Below are positions 51,501 to 64,000 of a stretch of DNA of 64,000 nucleotides, piece by piece (positions within the stretch are counted from its first letter, which is position 1; each line of letters opens with the position of its first letter). A program made the position numbers and the translations under genes. The notes beneath the pieces were generated by a model that was given only the letters and a program-made list of their open reading frames with translations, was not told where the DNA came from and ran no database searches. This DNA is from Auanema rhodensis (lineage: Eukaryota; Animalia; Nematoda): assembly GCA_964057225.1 (NCBI GenBank), contig OZ059894.1:14322001-14386000 (forward strand), in the 5' to 3' direction.

Positions 51501-52994
51501 ATATAGTTTACCCCCATCGATCCCACTAATATCTACTTCACTTGATCTTATTGAAATGTATTAGAATTAGAAAACAAAGCTTATTCATTATTTTCTACCA
51601 ATATTTGTGAGTAATCACTTCTGTTATCTGTTTCATTGAGTAGGACTTATCTTATCCTAACCTTGCACTCTATCCTCCACTTTCTCTATTCATTATGATT
51701 TGAAAACATTTGTAATACGTTTGTTAGCATTTTTATAAATTGCCCAGACATTTTTTAAAATCAAAAACTCAACCGCTCTTATAATCTAGTTAAATGAAAA
51801 TGATTTCTCTTTATCTTATTATTCTAATTTATTTTCTTCTAATCGTGTAATTTCTGTTTACATTTTTTGAAATTGCTTAGTTGTCAATATACTTATACAA
51901 CAAACAATAATTGAAGTACCTTTCTGATCTTTCCAATGAAAACGATCTCTTGGGCAGAGCTCATTTTTGCATTTAGATTGACTTCTCATCCTCACAATGT
52001 AGAGAAAAGGAGACGCGTAGTTCAATCTATGTACCTTTTCGTTTTTTTCTTCGAATATTAAACAATCTACTTGCAGAATAAGAAGAATTTATAATTGCCC
52101 TCTTGAAAAATCTGAGTTTTTTTCCATCCTGATTAGTAAATGGATGATATTACTTCATTGTCTGCTCATCAAAGATCGTTCAGTTGATCAAATCTTAAAT
52201 TTTGATTGAGTTCTTTCCTCTTCGGTTCTTATAATATTCAACAAGTTAAAAATCGTTTTTATCATTTAACCTTTATAATTTGACAAAATGATAAATGATG
52301 ACATGTATCACATATGCTTCATATAATTCAAAAAAATAGTTTATTTTTATTTCAAATGCTGATGTTAGAAGCACGAACTAGTATTCATTGATTCTTTTAA
52401 ATTTTGTATATTTTGTCTATTCTAGCAGAATCTTTTATGGTCTAAGAACAACATTTAGCAGATGTTCTTCGTTTTTTCAATATTTAAATGACTTCCTTAT
52501 ATGAAAGTCATATGATCCAACACTCTACCCCTTCTCCAATCATCATAGGTCATGAATAGTTGTGTCCGTTTTCTCGTTCAGCTTGCAAAAGCACATGCCC
52601 AATAGACTACAGAAAAGTATAAGAAGGAAGATATCAACCAGGCTTATTCGAGCTCCAGTAAGCTCCTTGAACCTACTTGCATCATTAATTCACTACATAC
52701 AACTGCTGCAAGTTCACAAAAAAAGATTAAGAATAAGTATGTACATGATACTGTTTTAATTACTAAGCAAGAATTGTAGTGTACTTGGAAGTTTTAATTT
52801 GAAATCTGCAGCGCTATATCCAAAAGATCTTTGGCGTCGTAAGATAATTCTTCATTTTGTGGATTGGGTCTCTATACTATTCTCTTGTTTTCTTATATTG
52901 TGTCATTCTATATGCTCTTTTCTATCTATTTTATTTATTAATTTAAAATTATTAATTTATTTATTTATAGTGAACGAATGCTAGTCAACTTTTT

Positions 52995-53609
52995 ATGCTG
53001 CTCTACATCACAATAGGTATTCTTTTAGCCTATACTATCATATTGATCGGCTTTTTCATGGGATGGTGTACTTTAATACCAACAAAGTAAAACATTTTTC
53101 ATTTTTTTAAAGATATTTATGTTTATTTAACAGATGCCATCCACGTCGAGGCATTCCTTTCAGTTCTGTCAAATCTCCTCGTCGGAATACAAAATTTGTG
53201 GAAATAGATTCTATATCATCTAGGTATGATTCTTAAAATAAATTGCATTTTGAATTGTTTTGATTTAAGCATTTCTAGCACATCATTGGATGTATGTAGA
53301 CAAGTTCCACGCAAATTCTCAAGACCAAATAAGAAAAAATTATCTTTAAATGTTCCTAGTAGGACACAACCATACAAAGTTAATGATTATTTGCATCCAA
53401 AATATTCTTTACCACCAGTTGATATGGTTGATGGAAGGGTTAGTTCATATTTATTAATTTATTAATTAACTGATATCAATGAATTTCAGCTTCAATGGGA
53501 GTTTCATCAGTTGCTTCGAACACCTGGAAAATCTGTTCGACAGTTCTCCTCCAATCCTCCCTCACAGAAGGTTTCTGAGTGTGAATCTGTAGTGATTCAA
53601 ATCAATTAG
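52995..53609 (+). CDS. Uncharacterised single-pass membrane protein, about 156 aa
   Basis: Exons 52995-53086, 53134-53223, 53270-53438, 53490-53609 with 46-51 nt GT-AG introns in frame: MLLYITIGILLAYTIILIGFFMGWCTLIPTKCHPRRGIPFSSVKSPRRNTKFVEIDSISSSISSTSLDVCRQVPRKFSRPNKKKLSLNVPSRTQPYKVNDYLHPKYSLPPVDMVDGRLQWEFHQLLRTPGK...VVIQIN*. Confidence 0.75.
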
Positions 53610-54058
53610 TTGTATTCGTTTTATTATTCTCCTCGAAACGGTGTCGAAACAATGTCGGGTATCTCATTCATTATTTTAACTTTCACGTTATACCGTAATA
53701 GTTCTTAATATCCAAGTTGAAATGCGTTTGTCCTCGCTATATTAGATCTTACTGCAAGTCACTCTTCATCTTTCGTTCACAAAATCTCAGTTTCAATATT
53801 AAATTCTTTTTTTTTTGGTATTTCATTGTGTCACTGGTTTTTATTTATTCATAATTTTGAAATATATTTTGTTCACATCTCGTGATTATGTGGTTTTGGT
53901 ACAGGTTTTTGCTAAATTAGAACTAAGTATATTGCTCATTTAAAGTTGAAAATCTCTGTAAATATAGACTTAAATAAAATATTTCTATTTTTTTACATAA
54001 TTAGTATTAAGAATACAATATATGATACATAAGAGATCGTAAACTTAAAAGTATAATT

Positions 54059-57000
54059 TCAAACTTCAAGCAATGCTTTCATTTGAGAAAGTAATAAGTT
54101 GTCCTCGACAACATTTTCCGTTCTTTCTTCCAATTCTTTTATTTTCATTGATAAAACATTTAACAATGTTTTAACATCCTCAGAAATACGAAATACTACT
54201 GAAAAGCATGATTCATGTAAGTAAAATACACACAGCTAAGATTTACCTGTCGTACTTTGTTGAACTCTCTTAACACCTTTCAATTCTAAATCACATTGAT
54301 ATGAAAGTTGAGCACAAGCACCTAGTCTATGAAGACAGGTGTCAGCATCAATACTATCATTAACTAGCGTATCAGCAATAAAGATACCTCCTAATGTGGA
54401 TAAAAACTTCCTAAAAAAATTCCTTTTCTTTTTTTTAAAGAATCTTCGATAATACCTCACAAGTGTTTTACTTTTTAAGAAAACTCGGTTTAAAATTATT
54501 TGAATAACTCGAGGTACTTCATAATCGTGAAGTCTTGGATCTGCTATATCATGATACTGAAAATTGCATTGCAAAGATTAAATCGAAAGTATATCTTCTG
54601 AAACCTGTTCAATTGTTTCAACCAAATGATTTAATAGAAACACTGCAACCTTGTTGATAATTCTAAATTTTACAAAGTTTTGAAAGAAATTTAATCTTCA
54701 GAATACCTATCAACGTAAACATCAGTGCATTCCACACAATCAAGCACACTCTTCCATATTTGTGCATAAGTATCTCCGATTTCTAAAATAAAACAATTGT
54801 TTGTTGGTTTCCCTTCACTACAATCCATACTCTTATCATCCATTTCTTCGTCATCTTCTTCTTCACAGCGAGCAATTATCCACTTAGGCAAGAATTCAAA
54901 GATGTTTGAAATGTCGTTGAAACTGCCTTCCTTCTATAAATATCTTGTTCTAGAATTTTCGAAAATTATTAATATTACTAATTCCAAGATTTGTTTTGTA
55001 GCTTGTATAACAGGACAAATTAAGGATGATGGTGTACTTTTGGAACAAAAATCGGTTATCGTTCTTAAATGAAAACGGTCAGAGAAATCAGAAAAGGTTG
55101 CCCTGTAAATACCTTACGGCCAGATCGAAGAAATTAATCTGATTTCTCATAATTTCTGAAGCATCTTCTGATTCATGTGAACCTCGAATGAATGAGGGGG
55201 CTTGAGAATACGTGGGTACTTTTGTAAAATCCCACGACATCATTAGGAGACCAATATGTCTTAAGACAGCCTAAATCCTAGGAAATTATTTTGCTCTATT
55301 GAACCAAGATTACTTCGCTAAGTGAGATGATTAATTCTAATCGAGAATCATTGGCGAAGAGAGGAATTTTTGACAGAACATCAGAATTGAACCACATAAG
55401 GGTATCACATATGTCACGCACAATTATGATAGAGCGGTCCACGTCATCTCTCTGAACCAAAAATTAAAAAAAAAACCAAAAAAAAAATTGATACATGGCA
55501 ATTCAAAAGAATTGAAGTCAACGTAAATCTAGTGCTGAAAGCATCTAGAAGACTTTCATCTGGTATATGAACATCGGAATCAAAACTTAAGCGTCGATCT
55601 ATCACCATGCGAACACTATTCAATTGCTGAAAGCAAGATTGATTATTTTGTTTTTTTTTAATTTCAACCTTGAAAAATGCTTCCAATTCATCCATATGTG
55701 TATAAGTCATAAGCTGATGAGTACTGTAACTTCTCATCAAATACTTGAGATAAGTTAATGCTTTTCTCAAATGATCATTAGGTGTCAACTAAATCATGAT
55801 TAAGATTCAAGTAGCTTTTGTTAATCCTCCTACTTTTGTTATAGTTCCTGCTTTTGCTTTTTTACGAGCTGGTGAACTGGTGAGTGAACATGAGTTGAGC
55901 ACATCAAGGCCTTAATACAAAGTCAAAATAATGTTTAGTATATGGGCATACCAGATCTAATAATATCAAAAAGATAATTAATGTTCCATTGAGCAGTGGC
56001 TTCTAAATAGGGTTCTAACACGCATTCATCCACGGCCTGAAAACAACAGCGTTTCTATGAATATTTTGAAACTTTGTAACCTTTTCATTCAAAAGTGTTA
56101 GAACAGATGATGTTACACCATCCAAATGCTTTTGAGGAAGTATACTTCCTAATACCATAGTCGTGCCGATCAAGGAAGTCATCTGTAATAAGTAATACTT
56201 TTCTTACAAATGTGGAAAAAATAGGCGTACTCTAAAACATTTAAACATTTTTTCAAACATTTTTTTACCAAGATTTTCAAGTTTCATCTTAGAAGCAGCA
56301 TTGCTTGGGTCAAGAAGTTGCTAAATATAGCATCATTATTTATATAGATTAAATTCAGTTACTTTACGAATACTCATCCACATTACAACTGCGCATTCAA
56401 GCATAATTTTTAAACGTTGCCATTCTGGACTATTTTCATCTGAAAATCACTGTTGATTATGATAACTCTGAACCTGCAGAAAACACCTCCTGCCGATAAT
56501 TCCATTGTTGGACCACTTAATGTGCCAACAGTATCATTGAGATTCAGAGTTCCTGACATGCTCACATCTTTGCCTAATCCAGCATTAGCTGAACGATAAA
56601 CGGCAATAGAAATAAAAGTGATATGCTCAACTATAAGTAAATATATAATATATAACATGTTCTTTTCATCATTACCTGCTTCTGAAACCGAAACAAGATT
56701 CAAATCATACAACATACGATGGAATGTTAAAGCTGCAACTCGTCCATATTTAATCAAAATACCAACTCTGCGGAGTTTTTCATTCTGATCCACATCCACA
56801 GGATAAAATGACTATAATTTTGATAATTAAAATTAGACAAAAACAATTAGAACAAACTCTGAATATAAGCGGTACAATTTCCTTTCTAACTGCCTCAGAC
56901 GTTTCGGTTTCTAACCGCGCTAGAATATGATCCATTGGCACAATATCGAAGAACTAAAAAATTATTTCAATGAGAAAACTATGAGAGATTTTTATAGATT

Positions 57001-58525
57001 TCTCACTTTGATAAACCTATGCCCCTTAAGTTTTCTAAGCAAATTGAAGGCTCGAATTCGAATTCGGTCATTTTTATCATCAATACCACTCGGAATGATA
57101 CATTTCAAAGCGTGTTCGGTAGCATTCAAGCAAAGCGACACCGGGAGCATGAATTGCATTCCTTCATATACAGCTAATCGTGTACCAATATCAGCATCTT
57201 TGCTCAATTCATCACAAATCTGTATTAGAAAATGAACTAATTGAAACAATCAGTTCCACTAACCGTTGTAAGATATTCTTTTTTTCTAATTGGTGGTATG
57301 AAATTCCAAAACAAGCTGACAATTTTCAACAACTGAAAATGAAAATGATGACGATATGTGAATCGAGCACAATATTAACCCTTCTAGTTGTTTCTTGCCT
57401 AATCATGACGCATGGATCTTTGAGCAATGTCAGAAAGGTTAAATGCTGTAGATCAATCATTTCATCCCTGTCATCATCAGGAGATACTATTGGATAAAAG
57501 TCCAGGAGCATAATAGCTGCATTATAACGAACTTTATCGTTGTTTGCCTAAAAATAGCTATTCTTACTTGAGCATGCTTGCTAAAAAAACCTTTAGGTCT
57601 CTCCATAAAACAGGCTGTAAGCATTTATATAGCATATGATCCATTTTGGCTTTATCAGTTTTGCTTGAAACGAAAAAGGATAAAACCTAAAATAGACAGT
57701 AGTGAACAAGAACCCAATCAGCAACTTACATGTTGAAATTTCACAGACCAGGGATCTGAAGACTCAAGAGCCGCAAAAGCAGATACGGTAATCATCTCAT
57801 TCTAAAAAATAGCAATATCATATGATATTCAATTCTCATAATACTTCTATCTGTTCTCTCAACTCTTCATTTTCAGTTTTGAAAGCTTTCTTCCAAGCAA
57901 GGCAAATAACTTCACCATAATGATTACAAGTTATGCTGAAAATAAATGTATACTAGACAATAAAATAGACAAACAATACTTAGTAGCTCCATTTAAAATA
58001 GCTTTTTTTATCAAATTCAGAGCCTCTCTCGGCTGAATTTTCTCGATGGCATGAGCACAGATTTTACGACCTTTAAATATTCTTCAAACAGGTTTTGTTT
58101 AACTAATTACCTTCCGGTACAGTTAGAAAAGTATCTGACCATAGTCCTTTCCTCAATAAATTGACATCGCATTTTTCAATTAATTCTTCATATTGTGAGT
58201 AGAGAGTCTTTATAAGAGTTTTCTTTAAAAAAAATGGCAATTGAAAAAATATTGGAATACCAACATACGTTTCCTTTTATATTTGTAATTACTTTATCAA
58301 AAACGGCAGGAAAATCTTCAATAATCATATGCTCCTTTTCAGTTTTAACATTTTCTGATTTTATTGGCTTTGATGGCTTAGTATCCTCTGCAGCTTTCTG
58401 AAAAAATGTTAGGCAACAATATATTATTCAAAAAAAACCTTTTTTGGTAGTGGTGGTTTTTTTACACCACATGATTTTGGAGCCACATTTTCTTTATCAG
58501 TTGTATTTAAACCTCTACGACTCAT
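54059..58525 (-). CDS. capg-2: Condensin II complex subunit G2 (CAP-G2/NCAPG2), multi-exon HEAT-repeat protein
   Basis: Exons encode HMLYKCLQPVLWRDL, ANNDKVRYNAAIMLLDFYPIVSPDDDRDEMIDLQHLTFLTLLKDPCVMIRQETTRR, IVSLFWNFIP, ICDELSKDADIGTRLAVYEGM...IDDKNDRIRIRAFNLLRKLKGHRFIK and FFDIVPMDHILARLE. These are collinear with the conserved NCAPG2 core (PILWR.L.A.N..VR.NAA.L....FPI...LL.DP...VR). Start MSRRGLNTTDKENVAP; end QMKALLEV*. Not all internal junctions were verified. Confidence 0.88.
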
Positions 58526-58594
58526 ATCTTTGCTAAATTTATGGTAATTATTATAAAAAAATAACTTATTAAATCAAGTATAAAGGAGCCATTA

Positions 58595-58616
58595 TTTGAA
58601 TATTTATGTCTCGCGC
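58595..58616 (-). promoter_or_regulatory. Possible E2F/CHR-like (DREAM) promoter element of capg-2
   Basis: Minus strand reads GCGCGAGA-cataaata-TTCAAA, 70-90 bp upstream of the ATG of a cell-cycle gene. CGCG is rare in this AT-rich DNA, but the spacing is not the canonical 4 nt. Confidence 0.3.
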
Positions 58617-60208
58617 TATTGCTTAATTACGTATATCACAATGTTACGTCCACAATTTTTGTATTAACGAGATTTCCTTAAAAGTAGGTTCATTGAATTT
58701 ATAGAGATGAAGATTTGCTTCGATGCTGCAAAAGAATAAGAACATATTTAGCCTAACCCATGAAAACAGTTTGTTCTGGTTTAATGAAAGTGTTTCCTTA
58801 GGCCATATTCGGCAAGCAGTACATTCGTATATGTAGATTGAAAGTTTCAACCCTTTATTTAAATACTCTTGAGGCGTCTAATTTCACACAAAGATCGAAA
58901 TTCAAGAAACGAATCATTTCTTTTCTGCAAGCGGGCAGAGCGGTTGTTCTCTTAAATTTTCTTTTATTCAAAATATTATAATAGAATTGATACTTTTTTG
59001 ACAAAGAAAAACATTTGTATTAATATATCAACAGTCGTCTGTCCCAAATATAAAAGCTTTTTTCCGCTCACAAAGACATAATCTCAAAATTAATCTATTT
59101 TATATTCGTTTGCAATATAGAGGCTGCAATTTTCCATAAACAACTTGAGATATGGCACTGAATTTGTTTATTCCTCTTATGGGCAGGAAGCCACAAGTGT
59201 CAATTTTTCAAGTTTTTAGTTACGCTTAACTGCTAAGCTTTTCCTGATGAATCAACATAGAGGTTCTATATATGTTCATAGTAATTTCGTTGAAAATTTT
59301 GTATTTTACATAGTTTTGTCCTCATTTTATAATCCGTACATCGAACTGCTGTTTATCATTCATGCATGTCCCGATGCCATTGTATGAAAAAAATGCAGCA
59401 CTTGAGTTTTTTCTTCTTGAACAATCTATTAAGTACCACATAGACAGCTAAACGCAACGAGAATGAAGCATATGTTCTCAAAATATTGTTCGATATCGAA
59501 CATGAGGTTTGATTTTCAGTACATCATAACCAAATAATGTTAAATAAACTTATTAATGCTAATCAGGCCTCTGTGGTATGCTCACTATTATTAACGGCAT
59601 ATTGCGTATTTTGGAAAGTTTGATAATAGTTTTCATATATATATATATATTACAAACATTCTTAATCACTTTTCGACTTCAACAATGTAGTAAATTCGAT
59701 TGCGAGGGTTCTTGTTTACCGAGAGTTGACAATTCAAGGTGATATTCATTCTTTCCACTTTTCCATTTTTCTTAAATCTTGTTTAACAACCATGAACATA
59801 TTTTGTTGCACTGATAGCCATAAAATTTTCGTTTGTCGTTCTTTCTTTAATTGTTTTATTTAATTATTTTATATATCTGCCTTCAGATTGTTTACTTACG
59901 AAGATGATGATTAACGTTCTAACGAATTGTTCAACATGACTTAAGATTAACATTTTTGAAACTTTTTTTCCCTACTTTTCTTTGTTCCAAGTTCCGCCTA
60001 AAGTTAAGTCAAACAGCTTCAGTTCACCAAACAATCGTCTTCTGTGTAAACAATCAGTTGTAAATGAGTAATTAAAATGTTATGATTTTTTACTTCTCTT
60101 TTTCTTGCCATCTTTTTTTCAACTATATGTAGACATCTGTCTTATCTTGCTTATATTATTTGAATGTTTTTCTTTAGTTGTATAGTTAATGCAGAGAATT
60201 TTGCAGGT

Positions 60209-61421
60209 ATGATGATATTGCCACTCATTCCCATCTATTTGGTAACTTTAACCGTCGGTATTTCAACAGCTTGTTTATTAACACTATATTTCCCATACTG
60301 GTCTACTATCCCTGCTCTGACAACATATGGAAAAACTTCATGGATGCTAAAGGATCAATCAAAATTGGTTCAGCTTATTGCCATTCCTAAAAGGTATTGA
60401 AACTTCAAATTACTTTCATAGTTTACTAATTCACAGATGGTTCTCACATTTTTATCAAGTTGGAGTTTTAATTACTTTTTCATCAATCTTACTTTGTCTT
60501 TCCTTGTCATATTCATGCGTAAGTTCGAATTACTTATAAATGTATATTTTTGTGGTTACAGTATAGCCCGCCAGCATATATTCCAAAGTATTTAAAAATG
60601 CTAACAGCTGTGAAGCCTCACTGTAAGATTTCAATATATTTCAAAAGATTTTAAGCTTTTTAGTTAATTGGACAACTACAATTACCGCTCTCAGTTTAAT
60701 TTTATTCCATGTATATAGAAGGTATGCAAGTTTACTTCAAGTTACTTATTTTCTTATGAATGTTTAAGGTTTTATGAAACTCTCGCTATATCAGTTTACT
60801 CTGACTCTACCATGAACGTTGCCCATTATCTGACCGGAATCATTCATTATATTCTTCTTCCTCTTAGTATTTGTTGTGAATCAAGTGGAATTGTTAACTT
60901 AAGACGTTAGTGTTTAACTTTTTTTTATATTGTAGTTATATATTTTCAGCTGGATCATTTAATTTACATAATCTGACTTATTACCAATGGTTTGGAATTT
61001 GTGTTTTCTTTTACTGTAATCTCCAACAACATCTCATAGTACGGCAAATGGCTAGTTTGAGAAAAACATCATCAGGTATATCAGGAAGATTTTAAAGAAA
61101 ATTTATGTATTTCTTTCAGGGCTTACATCACATCATAATCATGGTTTACTATTCGGCGGTTGGTTTAATCTTGTGTCCTGTCCACATTTTCTTTTCGAAG
61201 TTCTCATATATATTTCATTATGGATGGCTATACAGGGTGGTTTTGCCTACAAGGTTTGCTTTATTTTATTCTTAGTGATACACTTTTTGTTTTAGTTTAT
61301 GGTTATGTTTGTCTGTGTTAATCAAATGTTCGCAGCTTTAATTAATCATCAATGGTACGCGACGAAATTCCCAGATAAATTACCTCCTCAAAGAAGAGCA
61401 ATTATTCCATATGTTTTATAG
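60209..61421 (+). CDS. SRD5A3: Polyprenal/polyprenol reductase (SRD5A3/DFG10 family)
   Basis: Multi-exon: TTYGKT...[122 protein letters not shown]. These are diagnostic SRD5A3 motifs. TTGCAG acceptor 2 nt before the ATG. Confidence 0.93.
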
Positions 61422-62215
61422 TTCCAATGTTTCACACTTTTCTGTGATGAATTTATACATCATGCTAAATTTATTTGGTGGATTGAAATGTTTTAATTTT
61501 TCAGCTCAGGTTTCTACAGATATCTCTAGCTTTAAATAAAATAAAAAAAAATAGATGTCTTCAACATCACTCTGATACATAGTTTGTTTTAATTTTCAAT
61601 GTTTCATAAAATGTTTGATGAAACTTAACAATTATTATGGATACACGATTAGCAAAAGCGAAATACCTTTACAGAGAAGAAGAAATATTACGATAATTAT
61701 ATTTAAAGTTACATAAGATTATACATCAAGTTTTTAAATGAGAAATAGTTAAGAAACAAAAAAAACAATAAATCAAAATAATTGAAATGAGTAATACGTT
61801 TAAAATATTATTGATTCCTTCTTAACATTTTTACATTTAGAATTATTATTAAGTTATTTTTATTCAATTATTAAATTAATTATTATTATTATTAAATAAT
61901 AAACCATGACTAATATTGAATTGTTTGAAAACTATGAATGAATTCATTTCGCTTGTTTAAAAATGGTCCCATGTGGAGAATATGTTCTATGCGGCATTTG
62001 CATGGTTACTGACCCATTGTTAATCAATACTTGCCTTTTAAGAGAACTTTTCTGATTTCTAGCTTTTCGAGTAATCTTAATTTTAATATGTTTTCTTGTT
62101 CATAAACTTCTTAACATAACAGAATTTTTATATATTGGTTCACTACGTTTTTGTTTTACTTTATATATACTTTTTGTTTGCAAACTATGCTATAAGGGTA
62201 CATTTTCAGGTAGTC

Positions 62216-62783
62216 ATGATCCGGTTTATTCTTATTCAGAACCGTGCCGGAAAAACACGATTGGCAAAATGGTATATGCATTTTGATGATGATGAGAAGC
62301 AGGTAGAATAAACTTTTTTTTATTTGCTTGATGTTATATTCTTTCATATTCTTTAGAAACTTATTGAAGAAGTGCATGCTTGTGTAACCGTTCGCGATGC
62401 CAAGCATACCAATTTCGTTGAAGTAAGCTTTTTAAAATAGTTTTTAATAGTTGAATTCATTTCTAGTTCCGAAATTTCAAAATTGTTTATCGTCGCTATG
62501 CTGGACTTTACTTTTGCATTTGCGTTGATATAATGGATAACAATCTCTACTATTTGGAAGCTATTCATAACTTTGTCGAAGTTTTGAATGAGTATTTCCA
62601 TAACGTTTGCGAGCTTGATCTTGTATTCAACTTCTATAAGGTAATTAAAAGAAATGGTTTAATATTTATGTGATTTTTTAGGTTTATTCGGTTGTGGATG
62701 AGATGTTTTTAGCGGGAGAAATACGTGAAACTAGTCAAACGAAAGTGTTGAAACAATTGCTTATGCTTACTTCACTAGAATAA
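62216..62783 (+). CDS. aps-2: AP-2 clathrin adaptor complex sigma subunit (AP2S1)
   Basis: Four exons: [29 protein letters not shown] / [22 protein letters not shown] / [58 protein letters not shown] / [40 protein letters not shown] acceptor at 62203-62209. Confidence 0.97.
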
Positions 62784-64000
62784 GGAGTAGTATATGTTGC
62801 GCTTTTGTCTATTCTTGTCCATAGGAGTAACATTAACATAAGATGCATTTTAACTTATTTATTAACTTTGTATAGTGCTTGGTCGTTTCGGTGCGGCGAT
62901 TTTCGTTGTATATAGCATAATTTATAAGCAAAGAGTTCACTTCTGATAAGCTTTTCAAATTTTTGAATGAAAATTTATCTTAATTTTGTTTTTTTTTTAC
63001 ACTGCATGAATTTTTTTTAACATCGAGAAGTCTGTGAATTCTTATGTTGGCTTCATCCAATAGAATGAACTTGTTTTCAAACGTTTTTCAACATTGCTAA
63101 CGCAAACAAGCTGTGATTGTGAAAACGAATCCACTTAAAGGAAATGATCCATATACGCGGAAGGAAGTTGTGTTTAAGGTCAAAGTGATATTTCTTGATT
63201 TTAAAAACGTATGATTCATGACTTATTTTGCTCATTTCAATCTGGTTCATGGTATATTACAAGAGCATTATAAAGCGTCAAGGTGGGAAAAGGACAATTG
63301 GTTTAACTAGCTAGTTGTATTATTCAATGTTTCTTTGTTGCATTTCAAGCTATTGACATATGCAGAAATAGGTGATATAGCATTCATTTCCAATAAATTT
63401 CAATAAAAGCTGTGTTCATCCCATAGACCAAATCCGATCTGATGAATTGCCACCTCGCAACTACTATCGGCTAGTTCTGATACAGTAGCTTATTGGCATT
63501 TTGAGTTTAAAAGATTTACATGAACTCGTTCATTCGTCTGAATCTTATCCCTTTAAATATCCTGAGGTAGCTTGTCCAAAAATCATCATATTGAATCTGA
63601 TTGGGAGAGTATATACGAAATCGTAATCAAAGTTTTATTGAGAGAATCCAAAAACTACTAATTATATTCACGTTTTTCTTTATTTTCACAATATATTCAT
63701 AATATTTACTGGATGTTTTTTGATTGTATATTGTATGACTCAAACATCTTTACAGTTTCATAATTTCTACCATAAAAGGTAAAACCAGAAACCGTAAAGC
63801 CGATTATGTTGCATGCCCCAATGATGCCATCATCGGCCACAAATATAGCTTATTTTCAAGTTAGTCTTCTCTCTTGTTAGCTTTGTAATCATTTAGTTCA
63901 ACTTCAAACTTTAATTTTTAATAAGTTGTTTAGTTACTATCCTGGAATTCTTTTTTATTATATGAATATATATTAGATAATGATATCTATCTCTACCTAC

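Noticed and set aside
14670-51640. About six CTGTTTCA (piRNA Ruby-like) words on both strands
   Set aside because: Too sparse for a piRNA cluster and the downstream spacing features were not evident; small-RNA data would be needed.
52562-52984. Upstream ORFs as additional coding exons of the 52995 gene
   Set aside because: An in-frame TGA follows the acceptor near 52970, so upstream segments cannot extend this frame; at most they are 5' UTR exons.
11139-58803. Isolated TTAGGC telomere-like hexamers
   Set aside because: All are single copies; no array or shared flanking motif suggesting telomere addition or DNA-elimination sites.
63440-63481. TGATGA...CTGA resembling a C/D snoRNA
   Set aside because: Only about 40 nt between the boxes, no convincing terminal stem, and no rRNA-complementary guide I could recognise.

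Overview
AT-rich eukaryotic genomic DNA, almost certainly a nematode: many 43-60 nt GT-AG introns, TTTCAG-type acceptors just before start codons, and nematode-type gene families. Most ORFs in the supplied track are spurious or are antisense/off-frame shadows, so the genes were rebuilt by hand from splice signals. From left to right: two abutting Tc1/mariner-type non-autonomous elements (302-1015); a short TMEM55/PIP4P-like PPxY membrane protein (-); a secreted C6-domain-like protein (-); a CPI-17/PPP1R14-type PP1 inhibitor (-); a cluster at 31.7-39.8 kb with three GH25 lysozyme-like genes and a BTB gene; an uncharacterised single-pass membrane protein (+); condensin II subunit CAP-G2 (-); polyprenal reductase SRD5A3 (+); and AP-2 sigma aps-2 (+). 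The most striking structure is a tail-to-tail inverted duplication (35389-37353 versus about 37679-39977). It encodes two apparently non-catalytic GH25 proteins with GPI-type tails. Their head domains and introns look identical, but their mucin-like tandem-repeat stalks differ. The + copy is bracketed by a 67-bp direct repeat, and a stalk-less paralogue lies nearby. All family assignments come from motif recognition by eye, not from database searches.
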